DNA from: a bacterium
GTDB lineage: Bacteria; UBA8248; JACPRG01; G963555815
Length of the DNA stretch: 64,000 nt
Direction: 5' to 3'
NCBI GenBank assembly: GCA_965261595.1
Contig: CBDHDG010000005.1
Span: forward strand, 352,001-416,000
Below are positions 48,839 through 57,330 of the stretch, one piece after another (position 1 is the first letter of the stretch; the number at the start of each line of letters is the position of its first letter). The notes beneath the pieces were generated by a model that was not told where the DNA came from, searched no databases, and worked only from the letters and a program-made list of their open reading frames with translations. The position numbers and the translations under genes are program-made.

Positions 48839-50428
48839 TTAGCCCTTCCACTCCGGAGACGGGATCTTCTCCCAGAAAGGCCGGACGCCCAGGTCCTCCG
48901 CGATGACATTTGCGGCGATGTAGCCGGGGCCTCCATTCAGGCCGCCGCCGTGACAACTCGAGCTGCAAAGGAACAGACCCCGGACCGGTGTGCGGAATCC
49001 CGACAGGAGGGGGTGCGGCCGGTTCACGCCGATCTGGTCCGAGGTATAGCCGCCGCCGCGCTGGGATCCCCGCACCATGTTGAGGTTCCGCCTCGGGATG
49101 TCGAACGGCGTATAGACATAGGTCTTCAGGACGTTGTCGTCCGTCAGGTTCGGAGCGTACCCGCGCCAGGCTTCGAGCAGACGCCGGGCGGCCTCTTCCC
49201 GCATCGCGTCCCAGGCGGCGGCGCCTCCCGCCTTCAGGTCATGGCGCGCCCAGACCCACCAGAAGGCCGTGTGCTTGCCGTGGGGGGCGTAGGTGGGATC
49301 GAACCGGCTGTTGCAGGCCCCGTTTCCCATCGGGCGCGATGGGAATTCCCCCCGGTGAACCTCGTTGAAGTTTTCGGTTATCTCCTCTCCGCTCTCGGCG
49401 CCGAAGTGTACGTCGTAGGTTCGGTCGATGTCCGGATCGAAGGAGGAAGAGAGGTAGCGCGGGGGTTCGTTGAGGGCCAGGTGGAGGGTGCAGAGGGTAT
49501 GGGCGCCCCAGTTCCAGCCCTGGAGCTTCCGGACGACAGTCTCGGGGAGCGCCTCTTCGCCCAGCAGCCGCAGGATCTGGGGGGCGTCGATGCCGCCGGC
49601 GATGAACTTCCGGGCCTCCCAGCGCTCGCCGTCCTCCAGGACAACCGCCCGGGCCTCGCCCGAGGAGACCTCGATCTTCGTGACGGTCCTGCCGCGGAGG
49701 ACCTCCCCGCCGTTGGCCTCGATGCTCCGGGTCAGAGCGCGGGGAAGCTGAACGGACCCCCCCACCGGCAGGGCCGTCATGGCCAGACCGGAGATCGCCA
49801 TGGGAAAAAAGACGCCGGTTCCCGGAACATTCTCGACGGTTGCGGAATGGATCACCATTTTGATGAAAGACCGGACCTTGTCGTTCTCGAAGGTTTTCTC
49901 GATGGCCTCGTTCATGGTGAGCGAGGCGTAGGCAAGAAGCTCCTCCCCCTCGGGTCCCCGGATGCGGGCCTTCAGCCCGTCGGAAGGAAGCGGGGGAGAA
50001 TACATGAGGGACAGGAGGAGGGGCCGCATGCGCACGGCGTACCGGTCATAGAGCTTCCGGTAGGTCTCCGCGTCGCCCTCGGAGAACCGCGCGATGGAGG
50101 CGGCGGTTTTCTCCGGATCCCGGTGGACGACGAGACAGGTGTGGTCCCTGAACGTGATCCCCCGCTGGACGGGGGGAAGGATCAGGGAGAACCCGTAGCG
50201 GTCCAGCTCCAGGTCCCGGAAGAGCGGGGCGTCGGCGCATCCGACGTAAAAGTTCGAGTGCAGGTTGTGCCGGAACCCCGGAAGGGTGACCTCTTCAGTG
50301 GTGCACCCGCCGCCGAGCTCGGGGTTTCTCTCGATGACGGCCACGTGTAGGCCCGCCCGGGCCATGTAGGCGGCGCAGATCAGCCCGTTGTGTCCCCCCC
50401 CGATCACGATTCCATCCACTGTGCTCAT
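48839..50428 (-). CDS. Phytoene desaturase-like NAD(P)/FAD-dependent oxidoreductase
   Basis: IGGGHNGL, ERNPELGG, TLPGFRH, DPTYAP.GKH, RTPVRGLFLC, HGGG. Confidence 0.9.
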   Translation of the reverse strand: MSTVDGIVIGGGHNGLICAAYMARAGLHVAVIERNPELGGGCTTEEVTLPGFRHNLHSNFYVGCADAPLFRDLELDRYGFSLILPPVQRGITFRDHTCLVVHRDPEKTAASIARFSEGDAETYRKLYDRYAVRMRPLLLSLMYSPPLPSDGLKARIRGPEGEELLAYASLTMNEAIEKTFENDKVRSFIKMVIHSATVENVPGTGVFFPMAISGLAMTALPVGGSVQLPRALTRSIEANGGEVLRGRTVTKIEVSSGEARAVVLEDGERWEARKFIAGGIDAPQILRLLGEEALPETVVRKLQGWNWGAHTLCTLHLALNEPPRYLSSSFDPDIDRTYDVHFGAESGEEITENFNEVHRGEFPSRPMGNGACNSRFDPTYAPHGKHTAFWWVWARHDLKAGGAAAWDAMREEAARRLLEAWRGYAPNLTDDNVLKTYVYTPFDIPRRNLNMVRGSQRGGGYTSDQIGVNRPHPLLSGFRTPVRGLFLCSSSCHGGGLNGGPGYIAANVIAEDLGVRPFWEKIPSPEWKG

Positions 50429-50434
50429 TCGTTC

Positions 50435-52732
50435 TCACCCTTTCATGTCGCGCAGGGCCTTCAGCACCTTCTCGGCCGTGATGGGCAGGGTGGTTATCCG
50501 GACGCCGATGGCGTTGTAAACGGCGCCCGCGATGGCGGCGGCGGTGGGGTCGATGGGGGTTTCCGATCCCCCTTTTCCCCCGAAGGGGCCGATGGGGTCG
50601 TTCGTCTCGACGAGGACGGTTTCCACCCGGGGAGATCCCTCCGCCCTGGGCAGGGAATAATCGGCCAGGTTTCCGTTGACGATTTCCCCCCCGTCGTGGA
50701 TCATCCGCTCGAACAACGCCCAGCCCATCCCCTGGATGACCGCGCCCTCGACCTGCCCCTCGGCCGTCAGCGGGTTGAGGGCCTTTCCGATGTCGTCGGC
50801 GGCGATGAGCCGCAGGACGTCCACCTGTCCCGTCTCCCGGTCCACCTCGACGACCGCCGCCTGGGCCGTGAAGGTGTAAGCCCCGGAGACGTTGCCGTAC
50901 CGGGTTTCGTCCGGCTCGCTCGAGGGGGCGTCGAATGTGGCCCGGACGACGATGGGCCGCTCGCCCGGGCGACAATCGGGGTCGCCCATCAACTCTTCCA
51001 CGGTGATCCCCCGGTCCCCGCTCCCGGCCGCCGAGATCCGCCCGTCGCGGATGTCCAGGTCCTCGGGGGCGATCTCCAGACGCTCCGAAGCCATCGCCAG
51101 GAGCTCGGTCTTGGCCTTCTCCGCCGCCCGGAGGACGGCGTTGCCGGCGATGAACGTCAGCCGGCTCGCCCGCGCCCCCAGCCCGACGGGGGTCAGGTCC
51201 GTGTCGGCGGGGGAGAGACGGATGTGCTCCAGGGGCAGGCCCATGGCTTCGGCGGCGATGAGGGCGAGAACGGTGTTGGCGCCCTGGCCGATGTCACCCT
51301 CCCCGATGACGAGGGTCGCCCGCCCGTCCTCGTGAACGCGGACCTCGGCGTTGGCGCCGTCCCAGTTTCCCGCGGAGCGGTTTCCGCTCACGTGAATCGC
51401 GCAGGCCATTCCCATGCCCCGCGCCTTCGCCGGACCGGCGGGGCCGCCGGGGCGCGGCGCCGCTTTGCGGTGTTCCGCCCATCCGGCGATCCCGGCGGCC
51501 TTGCGGATGCACTCCGAGAGGCCGCAGCTGTTGATCTCCCAGCCGTGCACGGAGGTGTCGCCCTCGCGGACGGCGTTTCGGAGGCGAAACTGGAGCGGGT
51601 CGATCCCGAGCTCGCCGGCCAGGTGGTCGAAGCAGGCTTCCAGGGCGAACACCATCTGCGGGTTGCCCATCCCCCGGAACGACCCGGTGGGAATGTGGTT
51701 GGTGTAGACCGAGCGGGCGTCGGCGCTGACGGCAGGGATCCGGTAGCAGTTGTCCATCCGCACGCAGGTGTTGTTCAGCACGCTCATGCTTCGTCCGCAG
51801 TAGGCGCCCGCGTCCCCCAGGATGTGGGTCTCCTTGGCGAGGATTTTCCCGTCCGCCGCCGCGCCGACGCGGATCCGGATGCGGATGGGCACGCGCGGCC
51901 GGGCGGCCCGGAACTCCTCGGTCCGGAGGTTCACCAGCTTGACCGGCCGTTCGGCGGCCCGGGCGAGGAGGGCGGCCAGGATGGCGTTGGGCTCGTCGGC
52001 CATCTTTCCGCCGAAGGCCCCGCCCACGTGCGGCTGGATCACCCGGACCCCGGAGACGGGGACCTCGAGGGCCTTCGCCACCCGCTCCCGGCAGGGGAAG
52101 AGGTTCTGGACGGCGGCGTAGAGGGTCACCCTCCCCGAGGCGTCCACGTCTGCCAACGTTCCGATGGGCTCCAGGTAGCCCTGGTACTGCATGGAGGTCT
52201 CGAAGACGTTTTCGTAGACGGCGGCCGAGCGTCTGAGGCCCTCGTCCGGGTCTCCGCGCCGGAGGGTCCGCCGGGCGGCCACGTTGCCCGGGCCGCCTTC
52301 GTGAAGTTGGGGCGCCCCCTCCGCCAGGGCCTCGTCGATGGTGTACACGGCGGGGAGGGGCTCGTAATCCACCCGAATCCGCTCGATCGCCTCCCGGGCG
52401 GCGTCCTCGTCGTCGGCGGCGGCGACGGCCACCTCCTCCCCGCTGAACCGGACGCGGTCCATGGCGAGGGCGGTCTGGTCCTTGACCTGGGATCCCCAGC
52501 GGACGGGCGGGATGTCGCGCCCGGTGAGGACGCCCCGGACGCCCCGGACCCGGACGGCCCCGGCGGTGTCGAGGCCGGCGATCCGCGCGTGGGGGAGGGG
52601 ACTCCTCAGGACGCACCCGAACAACATGCGGGGGAGCCGGAGGTCCGTCACGAAATCTGCCCGTCCCCGCACCTTGGCGGGGGACTCCAGTGTGGGCGTC
52701 GGGCGTCCGATCCAGCGCAGGTCGTCACGCAC
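50435..52732 (-). CDS. Xanthine dehydrogenase/HcrA-like molybdopterin large subunit 3
   Basis: KVRGRADF, QGYLEP, GGAFGGK, SFRGMG, HVSGNR, DIGQG, ASRLT, GGKGGSE. Confidence 0.92.
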   Translation of the reverse strand: MRDDLRWIGRPTPTLESPAKVRGRADFVTDLRLPRMLFGCVLRSPLPHARIAGLDTAGAVRVRGVRGVLTGRDIPPVRWGSQVKDQTALAMDRVRFSGEEVAVAAADDEDAAREAIERIRVDYEPLPAVYTIDEALAEGAPQLHEGGPGNVAARRTLRRGDPDEGLRRSAAVYENVFETSMQYQGYLEPIGTLADVDASGRVTLYAAVQNLFPCRERVAKALEVPVSGVRVIQPHVGGAFGGKMADEPNAILAALLARAAERPVKLVNLRTEEFRAARPRVPIRIRIRVGAAADGKILAKETHILGDAGAYCGRSMSVLNNTCVRMDNCYRIPAVSADARSVYTNHIPTGSFRGMGNPQMVFALEACFDHLAGELGIDPLQFRLRNAVREGDTSVHGWEINSCGLSECIRKAAGIAGWAEHRKAAPRPGGPAGPAKARGMGMACAIHVSGNRSAGNWDGANAEVRVHEDGRATLVIGEGDIGQGANTVLALIAAEAMGLPLEHIRLSPADTDLTPVGLGARASRLTFIAGNAVLRAAEKAKTELLAMASERLEIAPEDLDIRDGRISAAGSGDRGITVEELMGDPDCRPGERPIVVRATFDAPSSEPDETRYGNVSGAYTFTAQAAVVEVDRETGQVDVLRLIAADDIGKALNPLTAEGQVEGAVIQGMGWALFERMIHDGGEIVNGNLADYSLPRAEGSPRVETVLVETNDPIGPFGGKGGSETPIDPTAAAIAGAVYNAIGVRITTLPITAEKVLKALRDMKG

Positions 52733-52814
52733 GGGCGTTTCTCCTCGGTGGTGGAATTCGGGGAGAGGGGGAAGGGGCGGAAGAGGAGACGGCCACGGCC
52801 TCAGGCCGGGAAAT

Positions 52815-54212
52815 CTACGCCCACGGCTTGATGTAATCCGCCAGATTAATCTTCTCGATCCATTCCGGAGGGACCTGCGCCCGTTTCGGGAATTCCGTCG
52901 GCGGGGCGGGCCGGGTCGCGTCCATGATGACCTTGGTGTGCATCGTGCCGAGGCCGTCCCGCGTGATGTTGTAGGACGTGGGGTAGACCTTGTTCCCCAT
53001 GCAGTTGGGCATCACGATCAGGTCCCGGTCGGCCTCGAAGCGGCTCATGACGGCCCACAGGACTTCCGGCTCGTTGAACACGTCGATATCGTCGTCCACG
53101 AGGATGACGAGCTTGACGTTGTTCTCGGCCATGAAGGCGGCGAAGGCGGCTTGCTTGGGTTCTCCGTCCACGCTCTTTTTCAGCGAGATGTAGACGTGCG
53201 CCCGGGCGCCCCCGCTCATGGGGACGTTGACCTTCGTGACGCTGGGGACGACTTCCTTGACGCGCCGGTAGATGCTTCCCATCCGCGGCAGGCCCCCGAC
53301 GAAATTATGTTCGGGATGGGCGGCGAAGATGTCGAAGTAGATGGGGTCTTTGCGCATGGTGATGGCCGTCACGTTGATGTACGGCTTCGGGCCGGTCGCG
53401 GTGTAGTACCGGGGCCACTCGCCGAAGGGGCCTTCGTGCTTCATGTCCGACGGATGCACCAGCCCTTCCACGACGATCTCCGCGCGCGCCGGGACCATCA
53501 GGTCGACGGTCGAGGCCGGGACGATTTCCATGGGCTCATTCATCAGACCGCCCGAGCCGTCGAACTCGCCGCCGACGCCGGGATAGCGCGAGATCGCCCC
53601 CATGACCGCCCCGGGGTGATGGCCGATGGCGATGGCGAAGGGCATGGGCTCGTTCATTTCCGAATGGCGCCGCCAGACGTGGTAGCCGTGATGGGCCTCG
53701 TAGATCCAATTGCCCAAGGTCCGGTTGTCGTGGACCTGGTGCCGGTAGATGCCGACGTTGTGCTTGCCGGTCTGCGGGTCTTTGCAAATCCCCAGCCCGG
53801 AGCAGATGAAGGGACCCGCGTCCAGGGCGTTGTGGGTGGTGATCGGAAGCACGGAGAGGTCGGCGTCGTCCCCTGTCAGGACCACCTCTTTGACCGGCCC
53901 GTCGGAGACTTCCACCGGGGGGATGGGGTTCTCCTCACGCTCGCAAAAGGTCTCGACCATCCGGTCCACCGTGGTGTCCAGGGCCATGGCCAGCCGCTCG
54001 TAAGAGGCTGTCAGGTTGATGATGGAGGGGAAGTTCGAGCCCTTGACCTTCTCGAAGTAGACGGCGGGATACCGGTCCGCCCGCTCCAGTTTTTCGACGA
54101 CGGCGGTGAGCTCGTGCTTGGGGTCCACCTCCTTGTCCACGCGGACGATGTCATCGGGCCGCTTCTCCGCGAGTTGGTCGATGAAGGTCCTCAAATCCTT
54201 CGGCATGCTCAT
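52815..54212 (-). CDS. UbiD-family (de)carboxylase 4
   Basis: KDLRTFI, DAGPFI, NVGIYR, EGPFGEWPRYY, ILVDDDID, KVIMDATRP. Confidence 0.92.
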   Translation of the reverse strand: MSMPKDLRTFIDQLAEKRPDDIVRVDKEVDPKHELTAVVEKLERADRYPAVYFEKVKGSNFPSIINLTASYERLAMALDTTVDRMVETFCEREENPIPPVEVSDGPVKEVVLTGDDADLSVLPITTHNALDAGPFICSGLGICKDPQTGKHNVGIYRHQVHDNRTLGNWIYEAHHGYHVWRRHSEMNEPMPFAIAIGHHPGAVMGAISRYPGVGGEFDGSGGLMNEPMEIVPASTVDLMVPARAEIVVEGLVHPSDMKHEGPFGEWPRYYTATGPKPYINVTAITMRKDPIYFDIFAAHPEHNFVGGLPRMGSIYRRVKEVVPSVTKVNVPMSGGARAHVYISLKKSVDGEPKQAAFAAFMAENNVKLVILVDDDIDVFNEPEVLWAVMSRFEADRDLIVMPNCMGNKVYPTSYNITRDGLGTMHTKVIMDATRPAPPTEFPKRAQVPPEWIEKINLADYIKPWA

Positions 54213-54413
54213 TCTCCTTTCGGGATGCGCATCTCCCGGCGTCCGGTTCCCGTCGATTATACAGGGAGACGGGGCGCGAGATGGAAACGCCGTGTTATCG
54301 AGTTGGGAGGGCCGGCGGGAGGAGAACGGGAGTATCGGTCAACAAGGTCGGCTGACTTTTCACGGAAGTGTGCCACTGGCGGCTGGTCCGTCAGTGCCGC
54401 CTTTGCCCTAAGT

Positions 54414-54473
54414 TGTCATTCCGAGCGGGGGGTTTCAGACCCCGAGGGTCCACCGACCCCGAGGAGGAATCTC
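54414..54473. repeat. Degenerate GTCATTCCGAGCG...GAGGAATCT REP-like element
   Basis: TGTCATTCCGAGCGGGG...CCCCGAGGAGGAATCTC, with a decayed inverted partner ending GAAATGAC near 54548. Confidence 0.5.
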
Positions 54474-54573
54474 GCGGTGGTGCTCCCGTTTTTTTTTGAT
54501 CTCATCCTCGAACTCCGCTAACATTTCCGCTGTCTGATCCGAAATGACGAAGATGCCAATAGAGGGGTTCGGC

Positions 54574-55113
54574 ATGAGGTCGTTCGCGCGGGGAGCGGCG
54601 GTTTCGGTTCTGGGGGCCCTCTTTCTCTCATCGGCGCTGTTCGCCCAATCGCTGACCGTCCGGGTCCCGAAAGGCAACGTCCGCGCCTGGTCGGAGACCA
54701 CTTCCCCGATCATCGGCAAAATCAAAAAAGGCGAGCGGTACGATGTAGAAGCCCGGCCGGGCGACTGGTTCAAGATCCTCCTGGAGACGGGCCGGGAGGG
54801 CTGGGTCTTCAAGTCGCTCGTCGAGGTCTCCGGTAAGCGCTCCATCGGCGTCGTGCCTTCGGGTCCCGCACCATCCGCCTCCCGGCCCTACGGCGAATCC
54901 TGGGCGCTGGTCGTCGGGATCAACCGGTACAGGAAGCAATCCCTCCGCCTGAGCTACGCCGTCAACGACGCCCGGGCCGTCGTTTCGGCCCTCGTGAAGA
55001 TCGGCTTTTCGCAAAATCGCATCACACTGTTGGAAGACGGCCGGGCGACGGGCCTTGCCGTCCGGCGGGGCTTTGACCATTTGAGGCTGAACACGAAGCC
55101 CGAGGGGAATTAA
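54574..55113 (+). pseudogene. Secreted SH3 + caspase (peptidase C14) family gene, truncated by an insertion
   Basis: Signal peptide; SH3b-like NVR..WFKI..GREGWV; caspase N-terminus WALVVGINRY..LSYAVNDA..LLEDGRAT; ends before the catalytic His/Cys motifs at a TAA supplied by the repeat. Confidence 0.8.
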
Positions 55114-55236
55114 GGGGACACCCCGAGGGGAATTAAGGGGAATTAAGGGGACACCATACTTAATTTTCAAATAGGTATGGTGTCCCCATGATTCTTCGAC
55201 CGCTGCACACTCTACCCATTCAGTTGATATTGTCCA

Positions 55237-56115
55237 CTAGAAGCCCTGCCAATAGCGACGCCCTTCCACGCGCACCAATTGACCGAAGCCCGGCTCGGGA
55301 AAGTGGCAAGCGACCAGCGTGGCTTGCTCCGCCTCTACTCGGTCGAAGACTTGGCGCCGGACCTGTGCGGCCAGCGCCGGGTCCATATCGAAGTGGAACG
55401 ACCAGTCGGTCTCGGTCACCTGCGCTGGATGGATGGCCACGTCGCCCATAATCAGAGCCCGCTGCCCTCCGGATTCGATGGCCAGGCACATGTGGCCTGC
55501 CGTATGGCCTGGGGTCGGAATCGCCGTGATCTCGCTGGTCAGGGCATGCTCGTCTGCGATGAGATCGAGCACCCCCAGGGCTTCCAGCGGAGCGAGGGTT
55601 TCCTCCCAGTACTGAAAGGGGTGTGTGGCCCGCACCTCGGGCCGCTGAAAGGCTTCCCAGTCAGCCTGATGAACGACGTAACGGGCCTGGGGAAATGTCG
55701 GCCTTGGGTTGGCCCCTGCCTGACTCAGGTTCCAGCCGACGTGATCCGGGTGTAAATGGGTGAAAAACACCGTGTCCACCTCGTCGGGGCGCACACCGGC
55801 AGCTTGCAACTCTTCCATGAGCCGCCCATCCACCCCACCCGCGAGCGTGGTGACCATCCCCGGGTTGGTGGCCTTGCTCCCGATGCCGGTATCCACCAGA
55901 ATCGTCCTCCCTTGCGAGCGCAACAGGTAACACCCGAAATGGTTGTGCCAGGTATCGGGGCCACTGAACACCTCCGGGTAGCGCTGCCGGAACGGGACCC
56001 AGTCCTCCGCCGGAACGTTGGGAAAGAGTTCACTTAAGGGGATGGGGAAATCGAGTTCACTATCGGTGAGGGCCAATACCTCTACACGACCAACGAACAG
56101 TTTGCTTTCCGCCAT
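55237..56115 (-). CDS. MBL-fold metallo-hydrolase
   Basis: LVDTG, THLHPDHVG, TPGHTAGH, GDVAIH, ACHFP. Confidence 0.93.
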   Translation of the reverse strand: MAESKLFVGRVEVLALTDSELDFPIPLSELFPNVPAEDWVPFRQRYPEVFSGPDTWHNHFGCYLLRSQGRTILVDTGIGSKATNPGMVTTLAGGVDGRLMEELQAAGVRPDEVDTVFFTHLHPDHVGWNLSQAGANPRPTFPQARYVVHQADWEAFQRPEVRATHPFQYWEETLAPLEALGVLDLIADEHALTSEITAIPTPGHTAGHMCLAIESGGQRALIMGDVAIHPAQVTETDWSFHFDMDPALAAQVRRQVFDRVEAEQATLVACHFPEPGFGQLVRVEGRRYWQGF

Positions 56116-56378
56116 GATTATGTACCTCCCTGCGGATATTCTGGATTAGATTCAGAGAAATTCGAAATCATACCTTCGGCGGGGGGGCAAGTGAACAAGA
56201 AAACGGGTTGATTCCGGGATTGTGCGGAAGGAGGGAAGCAGCAATAGCGGGCCAGCAGGAATGCTCAGGACGGCGAACTTTGATCGCCTGTGGGTGGTCT
56301 ATAATTCCGAAGCGTGTGTTTGTTTTTTTGCGACGGCTTGCCCCAAAGGGGCGAGCCATCTAACAGGAGGCATTGAAA

Positions 56379-56741
56379 ATGAAGAAAGCGGCTATCGGGA
56401 TGCTGGTGGTTTTGACTTTGACACTCGGGTCGGCCACGCGCGGAGAGAGCGCGAAGGTTCTCGGTTGCATCACCCAGTTCTCCAACTGGGTAAGGAGTAA
56501 CGGTCAACTTATTCTCAGGGTGGAAGTCGGGAACAAGTGGTTTGTTTTCCATCCGGCCGTGGTAAAGATGGGTGGTGGTAGCAGTGTGTGGTTGACCCGT
56601 GCTCAAATGGTCGCATGAGAGCCGCTAGTGGCGAACTTACGCGCGGCAGCTCACGCTAAGGTTAATGTCCAGGTCCGGTATCACGATCGTACGAAGGTGG
56701 TTAGCGATTTCCAGATGCATTTTGATCGGCGCTGCCGGTGA
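56379..56741 (+). pseudogene. Small secreted hypothetical protein, possibly interrupted by an in-frame TGA at 56616-56618
   Basis: AGGAGG RBS; signal peptide; frame stays open for 40 more codons ending HFDRRCR; the minimal ORF ends at 56618. Confidence 0.45.
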
Positions 56742-57222
56742 GGGGCGGTTCGCCTAGAGCCAGTCGGGCAATCGGCTGATCGACGGGTAGTGCGAACGCC
56801 ACGATGGGGCCACAGTACTAATCCAGCACCCGATTGAAAAAGGGGGCGAGTGCGCAATGGCGTCGATGGAAGCTCCCCGTCTCCCCACGATCCCCCCGGT
56901 AGGGCGGGCATCCTGCCCGCCTCGCCTGACTTTTCACTCGTGCAACCTGAGCCCGCGGTCGTGTGGGTCCGAACGTTGAAAAATAGATCTGTCCCCTTTT
57001 TCCACTCCCCTTTTTCCACTCCTGGTGATTAAGACGCAACTGATTGATTTTTTGTGAGTTGTAAGGTGAAACCCGACCTCGCCCGTTTCTCTCGGCGTCA
57101 GCTAAAAACTGAACTCCCAACTTGGATTGAAGGCTTGCGAAAGGCGGCTAATACCGCCGGCCTCGCTGGTTCGATCACTCCGCCTTTCCCGATATGAAAA
57201 ATAGATCTGTCCCCTTTTCCTT

Positions 57223-57324
57223 GCGATAGAGGGCGGCCCATTCGGGCCGCCCTCTATCGCCAAACGAAAGTTTTCGAGGGGGGGAGGATTGGGGGAGGGG
57301 CAGTTTTCAAAATGCCCCCCCCCC
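57223..57324. repeat. Second copy of the hairpin + GAAAGTTTTCGAGGGGGG element
   Basis: Perfect 17-bp hairpin 57223-57260 followed by CAAACGAAAGTTTTCGAGGGGGG; lies just past the benzoate-CoA ligase stop. Confidence 0.8.
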
Positions 57325-57330
57325 AAGGTT

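Larger units (their letters stand above)
55099..57218. mobile_element. Putative non-autonomous insert bounded by inward-facing AAGGGGACA motifs
   Basis: Left end stuttered AATTAAGGGG(ACACC) x3 plus a 13-bp inverted repeat; right end TGAAAAATAGATCTGTCCCCTTTT twice (56977, 57195); interior visibly more AT-rich; interrupts a gene. Confidence 0.6.

Noticed and set aside
47987..54521. Very long plus-strand ORFs (787, 813 and 686 aa) and similar antisense ORFs throughout
   Set aside because: They mirror well-supported genes on the opposite strand, lack motifs, and are expected from GC-rich codon bias.
57136..57157. GCGAAAGGCGGCTAATACCGC resembling a 16S rRNA segment
   Set aside because: Only about 20 nt with no flanking rRNA similarity.
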